NCBI GenBank assembly: GCA_964229355.1
Contig: CAXRDE010000005.1
Location: forward strand, 101,131-165,130
From: Candidatus Sericytochromatia bacterium
GTDB lineage: Bacteria > Cyanobacteriota > Sericytochromatia > UBA7694
Direction of reading: 5' to 3'
Length of the DNA: 64,000 nt
Made by a program: the position numbers and the translations under genes. Shown here piece by piece: positions 1 to 8,174 of this stretch (within the stretch, counting starts at the first letter, position 1; every line of letters starts with the position of its first letter). Under the pieces are notes generated by a model that saw only the letters and a program-made list of their open reading frames with translations, was not told the origin of the DNA and did no database searches.

Positions 1-440
1 CCCATAAATTGGGGTGACACGCTAAAATAAACTTGCCCGCCCTGAAAGTCACGTCCCTGTTGGTGCAAGGCCTGCAAGAGATCGTGAGCCCAGCAGAGAA
101 ACATCTCGGTAAAGCCCTGCAACAGCGCGCGGGTATAGGGAATGCGTTTTTTGGCCCCGCTGGAACCACTGGTCAGCTCATAAAACAGCGGCGGCTGATG
201 GGTCAGCCCACTCACATCGGGAAGATCGTCATAGCTTTGCAGGGGCAATTGGCGCAATACAGCCAGCCCCTCGGCCAGGGTTTGCTCGGTCGCAGACGGA
301 AGTTTTAAACGCCGCTGCAAACGCAATACATGCCACAGGGTCAGGGTTTGGGCCTGCTCAGGATGGCGTAGAGCGCGCTCCCAGCGCCGATAGGCCCGCC
401 GGGTATACCCGCGCAGGCCCAGAGACCACAGTAGCTTCAC
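1..440 (-). CDS. GH3-family (acyl acid amido synthetase-like) protein, N-terminal part only; gene runs off the left window edge
   Basis: Minus-strand frame is open from pos 1 up to a stop at 450-452. Candidate GTG start at 440-438 overlaps (GTGA) the stop of the 437..1069 ORF. The translation contains ELTSGSSGAKKRIPYT, resembling the SSGTS.G..K.IP adenylation motif of GH3 proteins. Listed plus ORF 33..308 is its antisense. Confidence 0.4.
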   Translation of the reverse strand, partial: MKLLWSLGLRGYTRRAYRRWERALRHPEQAQTLTLWHVLRLQRRLKLPSATEQTLAEGLAVLRQLPLQSYDDLPDVSGLTHQPPLFYELTSGSSGAKKRIPYTRALLQGFTEMFLCWAHDLLQALHQQGRDFQGGQVYFSVSPQFM

Positions 441-1069
441 GGGGTCTGCTCAAAGCGTTGATTAATATGGCCTTCGCTGCGCACCGGCAATTGCACGCCC
501 GGAGCCACCTGCACCCCCGGTCCCAGGACGGAGCCAGCCCCAATAAAGGCACCGCTCCCCAGCACAATGGGATTGGCATACAAACGCAATTGCTGACGGT
601 GGGGCATGACCACATGGGCCACCAACTTCACTTCATGGCCCAGGACCACCCCATCGCCCACCTGCAACAGCCCCCGATCGTGGACTTCTACATTGGGGGT
701 CCAGTACACCTGACGTCCAATGTCGGCCCCCCACAAGCGCAGCCAGGCGCTATAAACACCAGGCAACACCCGCAACAAGCGCTCCAACACCGGAAACACC
801 AGATAAATGACCTGGATTTGGTGGCTGCCCCACCAGTGGCTGTAGTGCTGACCCGTCAACTCTTCGCGCAAAGGCATCTGCAGGGGCTTCACGCGCACAA
901 GCAGCCGGTAAACCCATACGGGGTAAAAGTAAAGCCCCCACACCAGCAGGAGCAAGGCCAGGGCCTTTGCCCACAGCGCGGTAAGCAGGCATACCCCAAC
1001 ACCACAGAGGCCGCTCCACAGCAGTACCGAGGCGGGAAACCAGGCCAAAAGTCGTGATAACGCCGTCAT
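437..1069 (-). CDS. Left-handed beta-helix (hexapeptide-repeat) acyl/acetyltransferase with N-terminal hydrophobic segment
   Basis: C-terminal half shows imperfect hexapeptide periodicity (e.g. LQVGDGVVLGHEVKLVAHVVM, IVLGSGAFIGAGSVLGPGVQVAPGVQL). N-terminal about 45 aa is hydrophobic. ATGA overlap with upstream 1066..1791. Confidence 0.6.
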   Translation of the reverse strand: MTALSRLLAWFPASVLLWSGLCGVGVCLLTALWAKALALLLLVWGLYFYPVWVYRLLVRVKPLQMPLREELTGQHYSHWWGSHQIQVIYLVFPVLERLLRVLPGVYSAWLRLWGADIGRQVYWTPNVEVHDRGLLQVGDGVVLGHEVKLVAHVVMPHRQQLRLYANPIVLGSGAFIGAGSVLGPGVQVAPGVQLPVRSEGHINQRFEQTP

Positions 1070-1791
1070 GAGAAAGGGAAAAACAACTGCTGCCAGGGTT
1101 TAAGACGGGTTTTAACACCCAGACGCTCAGGAAACACCTCGCTGGCATAGTACGTGCCATGCAAACGGTCGTAGAGATTGAGATTGGCACCATAATTGGA
1201 CTGCAGGCGCTGGGCATGATGCCAGGCATGGTCCAAAGGCGTCATCACTCCCAACTGAGACAGGCGGCGCAACAAACGCGGATGTTGCTTGCCCAGTGAA
1301 GAGTGCTTCCAGAGGTCAAGGCAAGCCGACAGGCTCATGCCCAGCAGGACCCCCGCATTGAGATCGGTAATGTACAGCAAAAAGCCGTTGGCCCACAGGT
1401 ACACAATAAAAAAGCTGGTGATCAGGCTATTGCGGGAGGTGGCAAACACATCCATCTGGGTGACGGTATGATGCACCACGTGCAAGGGAAACAGCCGCCG
1501 ATGGTGCAACAGGCGATGGTTCCAGTAATACAGATAGTCCACCACAAAAAAATTCAAGGCAAAGCCTGTGAGTGCTGATACCGAAAAAGCCCCCCGCCCG
1601 GCGGGCCACAGATACTGCAATAGTCCAAAAATCACGGTGGTTTGCAGCAGGGGAATCAGGGTGCCCTGAATGGTCAGATTGCTGCTGTCCAGCACCCATT
1701 CAAAGCCGCTTTTTTTGCGCAATTGTGCCCGCTCCTGAGCAGCCAGCAGCAGCCACAACAGCAGCGCACCAAAGGTCAGCGCAACCCCCAT
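1066..1791 (-). CDS. Fatty acid hydroxylase / sterol desaturase superfamily membrane enzyme
   Basis: Multiple TM segments plus His boxes: HRLLHH, HVVHH, HAWHH (the HxxHH motifs of the membrane diiron FA-hydroxylase family that includes ERG3/ERG25/CrtZ/OlsE). Confidence 0.7.
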   Translation of the reverse strand: MGVALTFGALLLWLLLAAQERAQLRKKSGFEWVLDSSNLTIQGTLIPLLQTTVIFGLLQYLWPAGRGAFSVSALTGFALNFFVVDYLYYWNHRLLHHRRLFPLHVVHHTVTQMDVFATSRNSLITSFFIVYLWANGFLLYITDLNAGVLLGMSLSACLDLWKHSSLGKQHPRLLRRLSQLGVMTPLDHAWHHAQRLQSNYGANLNLYDRLHGTYYASEVFPERLGVKTRLKPWQQLFFPFS

Positions 1792-1799
1792 CTCAGCAG

Positions 1800-2852
1800 C
1801 TAAATCCAGAAGCGAAAATCATGGGACTGTTCGCTCAGGGTATAGGGATTTTTGCCGCGATCAATGGCATGGCGCAAGGACTCAATCAAAATGTGCACAA
1901 TATCTGCATTGGAGTGGCTAAATTTGACGCCGTATTTTTGAATGACTTCCATTTGGGTGTTGAGCACCTCAATGTCCTGATCAATCACGCTTTGACCCTG
2001 GTAACGCACAATGGGGCCAGCACACCAGTTAAACAGCGGACCAAATTGATAGGTGAGATCGGTGTACACATGGGTCAGCGTGGCGTTCACCGGTGTGCAA
2101 TGGGAGCTAATGTAAAAGCTTTTGCCCGGCGAAAAAATATATTCCACGCTGGTGACATTGGGGGTATGAAAAGCGTCTCGGTGCACAATGGGTTCTTTTT
2201 TTGGGTTTAAGAAGAACGAAAACCAGCCCATATTGTCGGTTTCGTTGCGGTAGTCAATGTAAACAGAACCCGCTTTACGCACCACTGTGGCATCGACCTT
2301 TTCATCGCGGCTGACCCGAAAAATTTTATCGTGGACAAACACCGTATGGGGCACGTCCACATAGTTTTCGGCACAATTGGTCACGTCGTTCTGAAAAACG
2401 TTAAACAGCCGGACGGTTTTGTAGCCCTTTTCTTTGTAATGGGGCATGGCAAAGGGCGGCGCATCGATTTCGGGGTGTTTTTCAAGACGCACATACACAA
2501 AGTCATCTTGCTCTAAGACCTCAAAGGTTTTGGCACAGCGGCTTTTGCGGGGTTTAAAATCACGGCTTTCTGAGGGAATACCCACCAGTTCGCCCCGGCC
2601 ATCAAAAATCCAGCCGTGGTAAGCACATTGCAATTGGCCGTTCTGCACATAGCCTTCAGAAAGCTTAAAATTGCGGTGCGGACACCGATCTTGCAAGGCC
2701 ACAGCCTGCCCCTGCTCATCGCGAAACAGCACCACCCATTCATCCAGAATCGTGCGCTGAATGGGCTTGCGATCGCTCAACTCATGGGACTGACAGGCGA
2801 TATACCAAAAATGTTTATGCTGAACGGGTGGGGCTTCCTTTACGTCACGCAC
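1800..2852 (-). CDS. Rieske [2Fe-2S] non-heme iron oxygenase, alpha-subunit type (KshA/PaO-like clade)
   Basis: Rieske motif CPHR...(17)...CAYHGW. Mononuclear Fe motif D-x2-H-x4-H in NYVDVPHTVFVHD. Confidence 0.75.
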   Translation of the reverse strand: MRDVKEAPPVQHKHFWYIACQSHELSDRKPIQRTILDEWVVLFRDEQGQAVALQDRCPHRNFKLSEGYVQNGQLQCAYHGWIFDGRGELVGIPSESRDFKPRKSRCAKTFEVLEQDDFVYVRLEKHPEIDAPPFAMPHYKEKGYKTVRLFNVFQNDVTNCAENYVDVPHTVFVHDKIFRVSRDEKVDATVVRKAGSVYIDYRNETDNMGWFSFFLNPKKEPIVHRDAFHTPNVTSVEYIFSPGKSFYISSHCTPVNATLTHVYTDLTYQFGPLFNWCAGPIVRYQGQSVIDQDIEVLNTQMEVIQKYGVKFSHSNADIVHILIESLRHAIDRGKNPYTLSEQSHDFRFWI

Positions 2853-3143
2853 TTATTTACCCACATATTCTAAGGTGACTTCACCGGTAAGCTGTAGCTG
2901 ACACGCCAGACGACAACGGGGGTCATCGCTCTCCAATTCCAGAACCTCGGCTTCTTCTTCCGACAGGGGCGGCAAATGTTCAGCACCCGCCAACACCTTA
3001 ACCAGACAGGTGGCACAAATGCCCGTGCGGCACCCAAACAAAATGGGCGAGTTCATGACGTCGGCAGACTCGGACAAATATTCGCCTTCGGCCACCGTAA
3101 TGGCCGGCGCATCTTTAAAGTGCAGGGTGTGGCGCACGTTCAT
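2853..3143 (-). CDS. 2Fe-2S ferredoxin (plant/adrenodoxin-type, CxxxxC-xx-C...C)
   Basis: Start taken as MNVRHTL (ATG at 3143-3141), overlapping ATGA with the stop of 3140..4333. The longer listed ORF 2853..3347 has an implausible N-terminal extension. Motif GCRTGICATCLVKV ... CQLQL gives four Cys in ferredoxin spacing. Confidence 0.65.
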   Translation of the reverse strand: MNVRHTLHFKDAPAITVAEGEYLSESADVMNSPILFGCRTGICATCLVKVLAGAEHLPPLSEEEAEVLELESDDPRCRLACQLQLTGEVTLEYVGK

Positions 3144-4333
3144 GAAGCCACCGACTGCCGAAAATGGGCAAAAGCCCGACGGTTGGTGTGCAAATACTCG
3201 GGAATACTGGAGCGTTTCATCAGGGTCACCTGGCGATTTTCGGGGGTAAGAAAGTCCAGTTCCGCCAAATACTGGGCATAAGACTCCCGCGCCACCTGGT
3301 GGGTGGCAAAGGCCCCGTGCACCCCTTCGTTTTCTTGACAAAAGCACTGCTCCATAACCGTCAGGGCTTCGGGCTTTGAGAAACCAAACACCCGACTGCG
3401 CAAAATCTTGTAAATGGTGTCAAAGATCGCGGGCTCGTACCAGAAGATACCATTCACCGAGCAATTAAAAGCGTAGTGGTCCCGCTGACAGCCTTTGACC
3501 GCCAGATTGGCCACGTGTTTTTCAAAGGCCGTGGGGGGCTTTAAGCTTTTGACCACCTCATGGCCAATCAGGGTAGAGCTGTTGAAATGGTAAGACTCAT
3601 CTAAAAAATGATGGTAGCTGATTTGCGCCGGAATGGGGGCCTGGGCCTGATTGGGATGCTTGTCGTAATATTGGCTGAGCTGGTGCTGCACGATTTTGCC
3701 GTTGAGGGTGCGCATGCCCCGTACCGTTAAGTACTGACTGGCAATGAAGGCGTTCGAAGAAGACAGGTAAGCAAAGAAGTGCAGCTGAAACTTTTTCCAG
3801 GCCTGTTTGAAGGTGTTGGTGTTTTGAAAAATCAGGGTTTCACTGGCAAAGTTTTTCATGGGATAGCTAAACATACGCTCCCCAAAGATGGCGGCTTCTG
3901 TGGCGTCAGAAATCACCTTAAAAGCGTTAATGTGGGCCCGCTCCTGATGCGACTCAAAGTCTAAGGTGTCGCAAACAATGCGAAAGTCTTCTAAACCGTA
4001 CAGTCCCGCTGCAGCGGTCTGGTTTAAAAAAATGGTGGCAATTTCTGCGGAAATAATCTGCGAGTAATAGCCCACCCAGTACAGTTGGTTTAAGATCACC
4101 CGCTGGGCCGGACTGGCCTGGTCCCACAGGGGGGTGCCATACAGCAGCGAAAACTTTTCGGGGTTCCAGTACTCTTCTGCACAGGCCGCATAGTCAAAGC
4201 GGGACGCCAAATCATCCAGGGCTTCGGTATTGTCCTGCTGATGATTGCGCTTGAGATTCAAGGCAATTTTTTTATAGGTTTTGGGATCCTCAGCCAGGGG
4301 GCCTGGGACCTTAAGCGGGGTTGCTGTGAACAT
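3140..4333 (-). CDS. Putative ferritin-like diiron oxygenase (AurF/CmlI-like family guess)
   Basis: Soluble 397-aa protein. Two E-x-x-H motifs about 110 aa apart (ERAH in ESHQERAHINAF; ESYH in LDESYHF) as in carboxylate-bridged diiron enzymes. Family assignment is by motif only. Confidence 0.4.
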   Translation of the reverse strand: MFTATPLKVPGPLAEDPKTYKKIALNLKRNHQQDNTEALDDLASRFDYAACAEEYWNPEKFSLLYGTPLWDQASPAQRVILNQLYWVGYYSQIISAEIATIFLNQTAAAGLYGLEDFRIVCDTLDFESHQERAHINAFKVISDATEAAIFGERMFSYPMKNFASETLIFQNTNTFKQAWKKFQLHFFAYLSSSNAFIASQYLTVRGMRTLNGKIVQHQLSQYYDKHPNQAQAPIPAQISYHHFLDESYHFNSSTLIGHEVVKSLKPPTAFEKHVANLAVKGCQRDHYAFNCSVNGIFWYEPAIFDTIYKILRSRVFGFSKPEALTVMEQCFCQENEGVHGAFATHQVARESYAQYLAELDFLTPENRQVTLMKRSSIPEYLHTNRRAFAHFRQSVAS

Positions 4334-4425
4334 GAAAGATCCTTAAGCAATTTTTACATAGCACGGCACTATATACTACAATATATCGTGAGTCCCACCA
4401 AAAAGTTGCGCTGAAAGAGGTTGGT

Positions 4426-5508
4426 ATGTCTGCACTCACCCGAACGAAAATTTTTAATCAGCCCCAAAGCGTTGTGGAAACCTGGTACTGGGCCCTGAAA
4501 TCGAAGGATTTAAAAAAGGGACAGGTCAAACACCTCAATTTTTTAGGCCAGGAACTGGCGGTGTATCGGGGCGAAGACGGTGTGGTGCGGGCCGTCGATG
4601 CCTACTGTCCCCATATGGGCGCCCACCTGGCGGAGGGCAAAGTCGACGGCACCGGCTTACGCTGCTTCTTTCACCACTGGAAGTACGACGATCAGGGGCA
4701 ATTGGTAGACATTCCCTGCCGCAAGTCTCCCGGCATTCAGGCCCAGATTAAACACCACCCCGTGCGTGAAAAATACGATGTCATTTGGATTTATACCGGC
4801 GAAACCCCCACCCACGATGTACACACCATTCCTGAACTTGAGGGCGTTGAAGTGGAAAGTACCTTTGGCAACCAGTTCACCAAGGGTTGTCACCCCAATG
4901 TGGTCATGATCAACGCCATTGACGCCCACCACTTTACCTCGGTGCATAATTTACCCGTGGACGTGGAGTTCGACACCCGCGCTCTCAATGCACACAGCAT
5001 TCAATTTAACAACATCACCTATATTCCCGAAAGCCGCTGGTACCTGCGCTTCTTTAAACGTTTTTATGCCGAGCACCTCACCTACTCCATGTGCTACACC
5101 GCTGGCACCACCGGCTCCGTGACCGTGGGCCCCGATTTTTTACACTGCCACATTATTTTTGCCCTGCGTCCCACACCTGAAGGCAAAGCCGAAGGACTCA
5201 CCATTTTGGTAACGCCCAAACACAAACCCAATCTCCCCTGGCTCAGTGCGTTTAATCCCCTTATTCTCTGGGCCACCAAACAGGTGGGCAATTACTTTGC
5301 CAAGGGCGATACCCAGGTGTTTGAAACCATTCGTTTTCGTTTTCAACACCCCATCAAAGAAGATCAGGCCATTATTAAGTTTATTCAACATCTCGAAAAG
5401 CAGACCGCTCGCCCCTGGGGCTTTGGTCATTACCACAGTCCCAATCCCCTGCCCGAAGAAGATCTCAACGATTTACTCAAACGCAGTCAACAAAAAATAT
5501 CTGGATAA
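4426..5508 (+). CDS. Rieske [2Fe-2S] non-heme iron oxygenase, alpha-subunit type (second copy, divergent from first operon)
   Basis: CPHMGAHL...(17)...CFFHHW Rieske motif. Fe motif DAHHFTSVH. Confidence 0.75.
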   Translation: MSALTRTKIFNQPQSVVETWYWALKSKDLKKGQVKHLNFLGQELAVYRGEDGVVRAVDAYCPHMGAHLAEGKVDGTGLRCFFHHWKYDDQGQLVDIPCRKSPGIQAQIKHHPVREKYDVIWIYTGETPTHDVHTIPELEGVEVESTFGNQFTKGCHPNVVMINAIDAHHFTSVHNLPVDVEFDTRALNAHSIQFNNITYIPESRWYLRFFKRFYAEHLTYSMCYTAGTTGSVTVGPDFLHCHIIFALRPTPEGKAEGLTILVTPKHKPNLPWLSAFNPLILWATKQVGNYFAKGDTQVFETIRFRFQHPIKEDQAIIKFIQHLEKQTARPWGFGHYHSPNPLPEEDLNDLLKRSQQKISG

Positions 5509-5517
5509 CCCATACCC

Positions 5518-6324
5518 ATGAAACGTCTTAAAGCCGAAGGCCTTGCCGCACACGCTCTCTCTGCCGAAACCCAGGCCGATATGTTCCGCCTCTTTGCCCA
5601 GTACTACAGCAATATTGACTTTGCCCAGTTTCAAGCGGACTTGCAAAAAAAAGACCACGTGTTTTTACTTAAGGACAGCAAAGACAATAGCATTCAAGGC
5701 TTCTCGACCATTGTAAGTCTCGAAACTGAAGTCGAAGGCCGGCGGGTACGAGGCATGTTTAGCGGGGATACCGTGGTGCATGAAGATTACTGGGGCCAGG
5801 GCACGCTGGGTGTGGCCTTTTTAAAGTATTTGTTTCTGGCCAAGCTCAAAAAACCCACGACCCCTTTGTACTGGTTTTTGATTTCCAAAGGCTATAAAAC
5901 CTATCTGCTGATGGCCAATAACTTTCCGGTACACTACCCCCGGTATGAGCAAAGCACCCCGCCTGCCATGCAAGGCATTATTGACGCCTTTGGCACCACC
6001 CTGTACCCCGAACACTACAACCAGGCCCAGGGGCTGATTCAGTTTTCGCACCAACACCTCAAAAGCAAAGACTGCTTAAAAACAGATGTCACCCCTATTA
6101 CCGAAGCCATGCGCGCCGCCAATCAACGCATTGCCTTTTTTGCGGACCGCAATCCCCACTGGGAACAGGGAGACGAGTTGGCCTGCATTGCCGAAATGAA
6201 CTTTGCCATGCCCTTTGCCTACGCCTGGAAAACCTTTAAAAAACGCGTTTTTAAACAGGGGCGCCCCCCCCAGGCCGTCACTGAGGAGACCCCACCGCAA
6301 GGCAAACCCTCTTATGAGCGCTAA
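5518..6324 (+). CDS. Hypothetical protein, possible GNAT-fold N-acyltransferase (N-acyl amino acid synthase / OlsB-like) - weak
   Basis: 268 aa, no TM. Size and vague pattern only. Tightly linked (9-nt gap upstream; 11-nt overlap downstream) within the oxygenase locus. Confidence 0.35.
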   Translation: MKRLKAEGLAAHALSAETQADMFRLFAQYYSNIDFAQFQADLQKKDHVFLLKDSKDNSIQGFSTIVSLETEVEGRRVRGMFSGDTVVHEDYWGQGTLGVAFLKYLFLAKLKKPTTPLYWFLISKGYKTYLLMANNFPVHYPRYEQSTPPAMQGIIDAFGTTLYPEHYNQAQGLIQFSHQHLKSKDCLKTDVTPITEAMRAANQRIAFFADRNPHWEQGDELACIAEMNFAMPFAYAWKTFKKRVFKQGRPPQAVTEETPPQGKPSYER

Positions 6325-7216
6325 CACCTTTGAACATGTCCTCGAAACCGCTTTAAGCAAAGCCCAACACCACAGCACCGTCGAGGTGGAACGCATTCTT
6401 CGGAGACGTCTGGGTCAGACCACCGCAGTGCAAGCCCCCTTGCCCTTTGCAGACCTGTGGAGTCTGGCCGATTTAGAAGTGGCCCATGTCAGTGTATTAA
6501 CGGCTGCTCCTCTTGACATCCAGCGCCAGGTGGCCCATGACCTGGCCTATGCCCGCTTCACCGAAGCCTACGCCATCGAAAAAGCAGGCATGAGCTTTGC
6601 GGCCAAAATGAGCTTGCTGGCCCCCAGTCTCAATGAACAAAAACTGTACTCGCTCTTTGCGGCGGAAGAAGCCCGCCACTTTGATTTTATTGATCGCAGT
6701 CTTGGCCACCCTGAACACTTAGCAGCCAACCCCTTTATTGACCTTTTAAATCAGTTGATTGCCAACGGCGATCGCAGTGAATTGTTGTTGTTGGTGCAGG
6801 TGGTCTTAGAGGGCTGGGGCATTGAACACTATGCCAAAATGGCCCACAGCTGTCAGCACCCGGAGGCCAAACTTGCTCTGCAAGGGATTTTAGCCGACGA
6901 AGCGGCCCACCACGGCAGTGGCTTATCGCTGTTTAACGTGCAATCGCTGACCCCGGCAGAACAAGAGCTGCTTGTGAGCCAGCTCAAACACTTCCTCTAT
7001 CTCGTGGCCGTGGGACCCGTGGGTATTTTAAGCGTGCTCGAAAAGCACCTGGGCCCTTTTTCAAATGCCCAAAAGCAACAGATCCTGCAAGAACTCAACG
7101 CAGAGGCCGAGACCCAGCGCAAACTCAAGCTGCTCAAAGGTCTCTTACACAAAGCCGGAGCCCATGAAATCATCGGTATTTTAGAGCAGGAACAAGCCTT
7201 TTGCCCCGCCCTTTAA
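6314..7216 (+). CDS. Ferritin-like diiron protein resembling soluble acyl-ACP desaturase (DesA-like)
   Basis: Start chosen at MSANTFEHV (6314); the longer listed ORF 6203.. overlaps the upstream gene. Motifs AAEEARHFDFI and ILADEAAHH resemble the EENRH / DEKRH iron-ligand motifs of acyl-ACP desaturases. Confidence 0.45.
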   Translation: MSANTFEHVLETALSKAQHHSTVEVERILRRRLGQTTAVQAPLPFADLWSLADLEVAHVSVLTAAPLDIQRQVAHDLAYARFTEAYAIEKAGMSFAAKMSLLAPSLNEQKLYSLFAAEEARHFDFIDRSLGHPEHLAANPFIDLLNQLIANGDRSELLLLVQVVLEGWGIEHYAKMAHSCQHPEAKLALQGILADEAAHHGSGLSLFNVQSLTPAEQELLVSQLKHFLYLVAVGPVGILSVLEKHLGPFSNAQKQQILQELNAEAETQRKLKLLKGLLHKAGAHEIIGILEQEQAFCPAL

Positions 7217-7497
7217 GGGTCTTTGGGCTGCGTTAAAAGATACAGCAGGGGGCCAAAAGCGCCCCAGATCAAGGTCACCCCAATCCAGGGCCAGGGATTC
7301 CGTTGTCGCAACCTGGCATCCCGCACCATCCACACCATGATTAAGCCCAGGGCAATGCTCAGATCCGTAAACACCTGCCATCCGGCAATTGTCTGCGCCT
7401 GATAGGCCAGAACGCCGGTATACCCGTGCTGCCAAAGGGCCAGCCCTGTCAGCAACGTAAACCCCAATAGCACCAGACCCAAAAGTATTTTTTGCAT
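7213..7497 (-). CDS. Small integral membrane protein (three predicted TM helices), hypothetical
   Basis: Internal start MQKILLGLVLLGF chosen over the listed 7566 start. Strongly hydrophobic. Confidence 0.35.
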   Translation of the reverse strand: MQKILLGLVLLGFTLLTGLALWQHGYTGVLAYQAQTIAGWQVFTDLSIALGLIMVWMVRDARLRQRNPWPWIGVTLIWGAFGPLLYLLTQPKDP

Positions 7498-7617
7498 GAG
7501 TGACTCTTTTCTTGACGGCATTTTCAACCGCTTATCGTACACAGATCTGCCTGTAAAAGCAAGCATGGAGAAAGGGTTACCCGTCTACAAACGGATAAAA
7601 GAAGAAAAGAGAACAAT

Positions 7618-8112
7618 ATGCGCAGTATGTCACTTTGTACCCCTGTTTGTCTTACAACAGTATTCCTGCTTTTTAGCAATGGCAGTCCTGCCCAAGGCCA
7701 AAGCCATGTCGCAGACACCCCTGCTGTTCAACCCCAGAGCTCTATTGAATTTCACCTGCAAAAAGATCCCTTAAGAGCCAGCCTGTTAAACCTGATTCCC
7801 TTTGGTGTGGGTTCTTTTCAACAGGGGGACCCCATTGCCTCCACAGGGCTTCTGATCACAGATCTTGTGAGCACGGGTTTAATCACTTACACCTTTTTAA
7901 GCGCACACACAAGAAGTTATGATCAGAACATGGCACTCTTCGGCTGGGGCGTTGCAGGACTTGCCGGTGGACGCCTGGCCGGTGTTATTGCCCCATCGCT
8001 TCATTACCAGGACGAGATGAAGAAACACCAAATGGCTTATGACACGTTTCCTCACCCAATGATTTCCACACGCAGCAGTTTGTCACTTGTGTCCTATCAA
8101 CTTTCTTTTTAA
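7618..8112 (+). CDS. Hypothetical secreted protein
   Basis: N-terminal signal-like segment; no recognisable domain. Confidence 0.35.
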   Translation: MRSMSLCTPVCLTTVFLLFSNGSPAQGQSHVADTPAVQPQSSIEFHLQKDPLRASLLNLIPFGVGSFQQGDPIASTGLLITDLVSTGLITYTFLSAHTRSYDQNMALFGWGVAGLAGGRLAGVIAPSLHYQDEMKKHQMAYDTFPHPMISTRSSLSLVSYQLSF

Positions 8113-8174
8113 GATGGCTTGACCGCTTCATCAAGCCCTTTGAGGGGTATAATGATGCAAAGGATTTTCAAGCC

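Noticed and set aside
33-308. Plus-strand 91-aa ORF
   Set aside because: Lies antisense to the much more protein-like minus-strand GH3-type frame that is open to the window edge; no RBS.
458-1057. Plus-strand 199-aa ORF and minus ORF 750..1229
   Set aside because: Antisense/overlapping frames inside the hexapeptide acyltransferase and desaturase genes; His/Pro/Gln-rich low complexity typical of GC-rich antisense frames.
1572-2210. Plus-strand 212-aa ORF
   Set aside because: Antisense to the Rieske oxygenase and desaturase genes, which have clear motifs; no independent support.
2853-3347. Long version (164 aa) of the ferredoxin ORF
   Set aside because: The N-terminal 68 codons overlap the upstream diiron gene and are Arg/Gly/Pro-rich nonsense; the internal ATG gives a canonical ATGA coupling and a normal-size ferredoxin.
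6203-6313. Upstream extension of the desaturase-like gene
   Set aside because: Overlaps the preceding CDS by 120 nt in a Pro/Arg-rich frame; internal MSANTFEHV start fits better.
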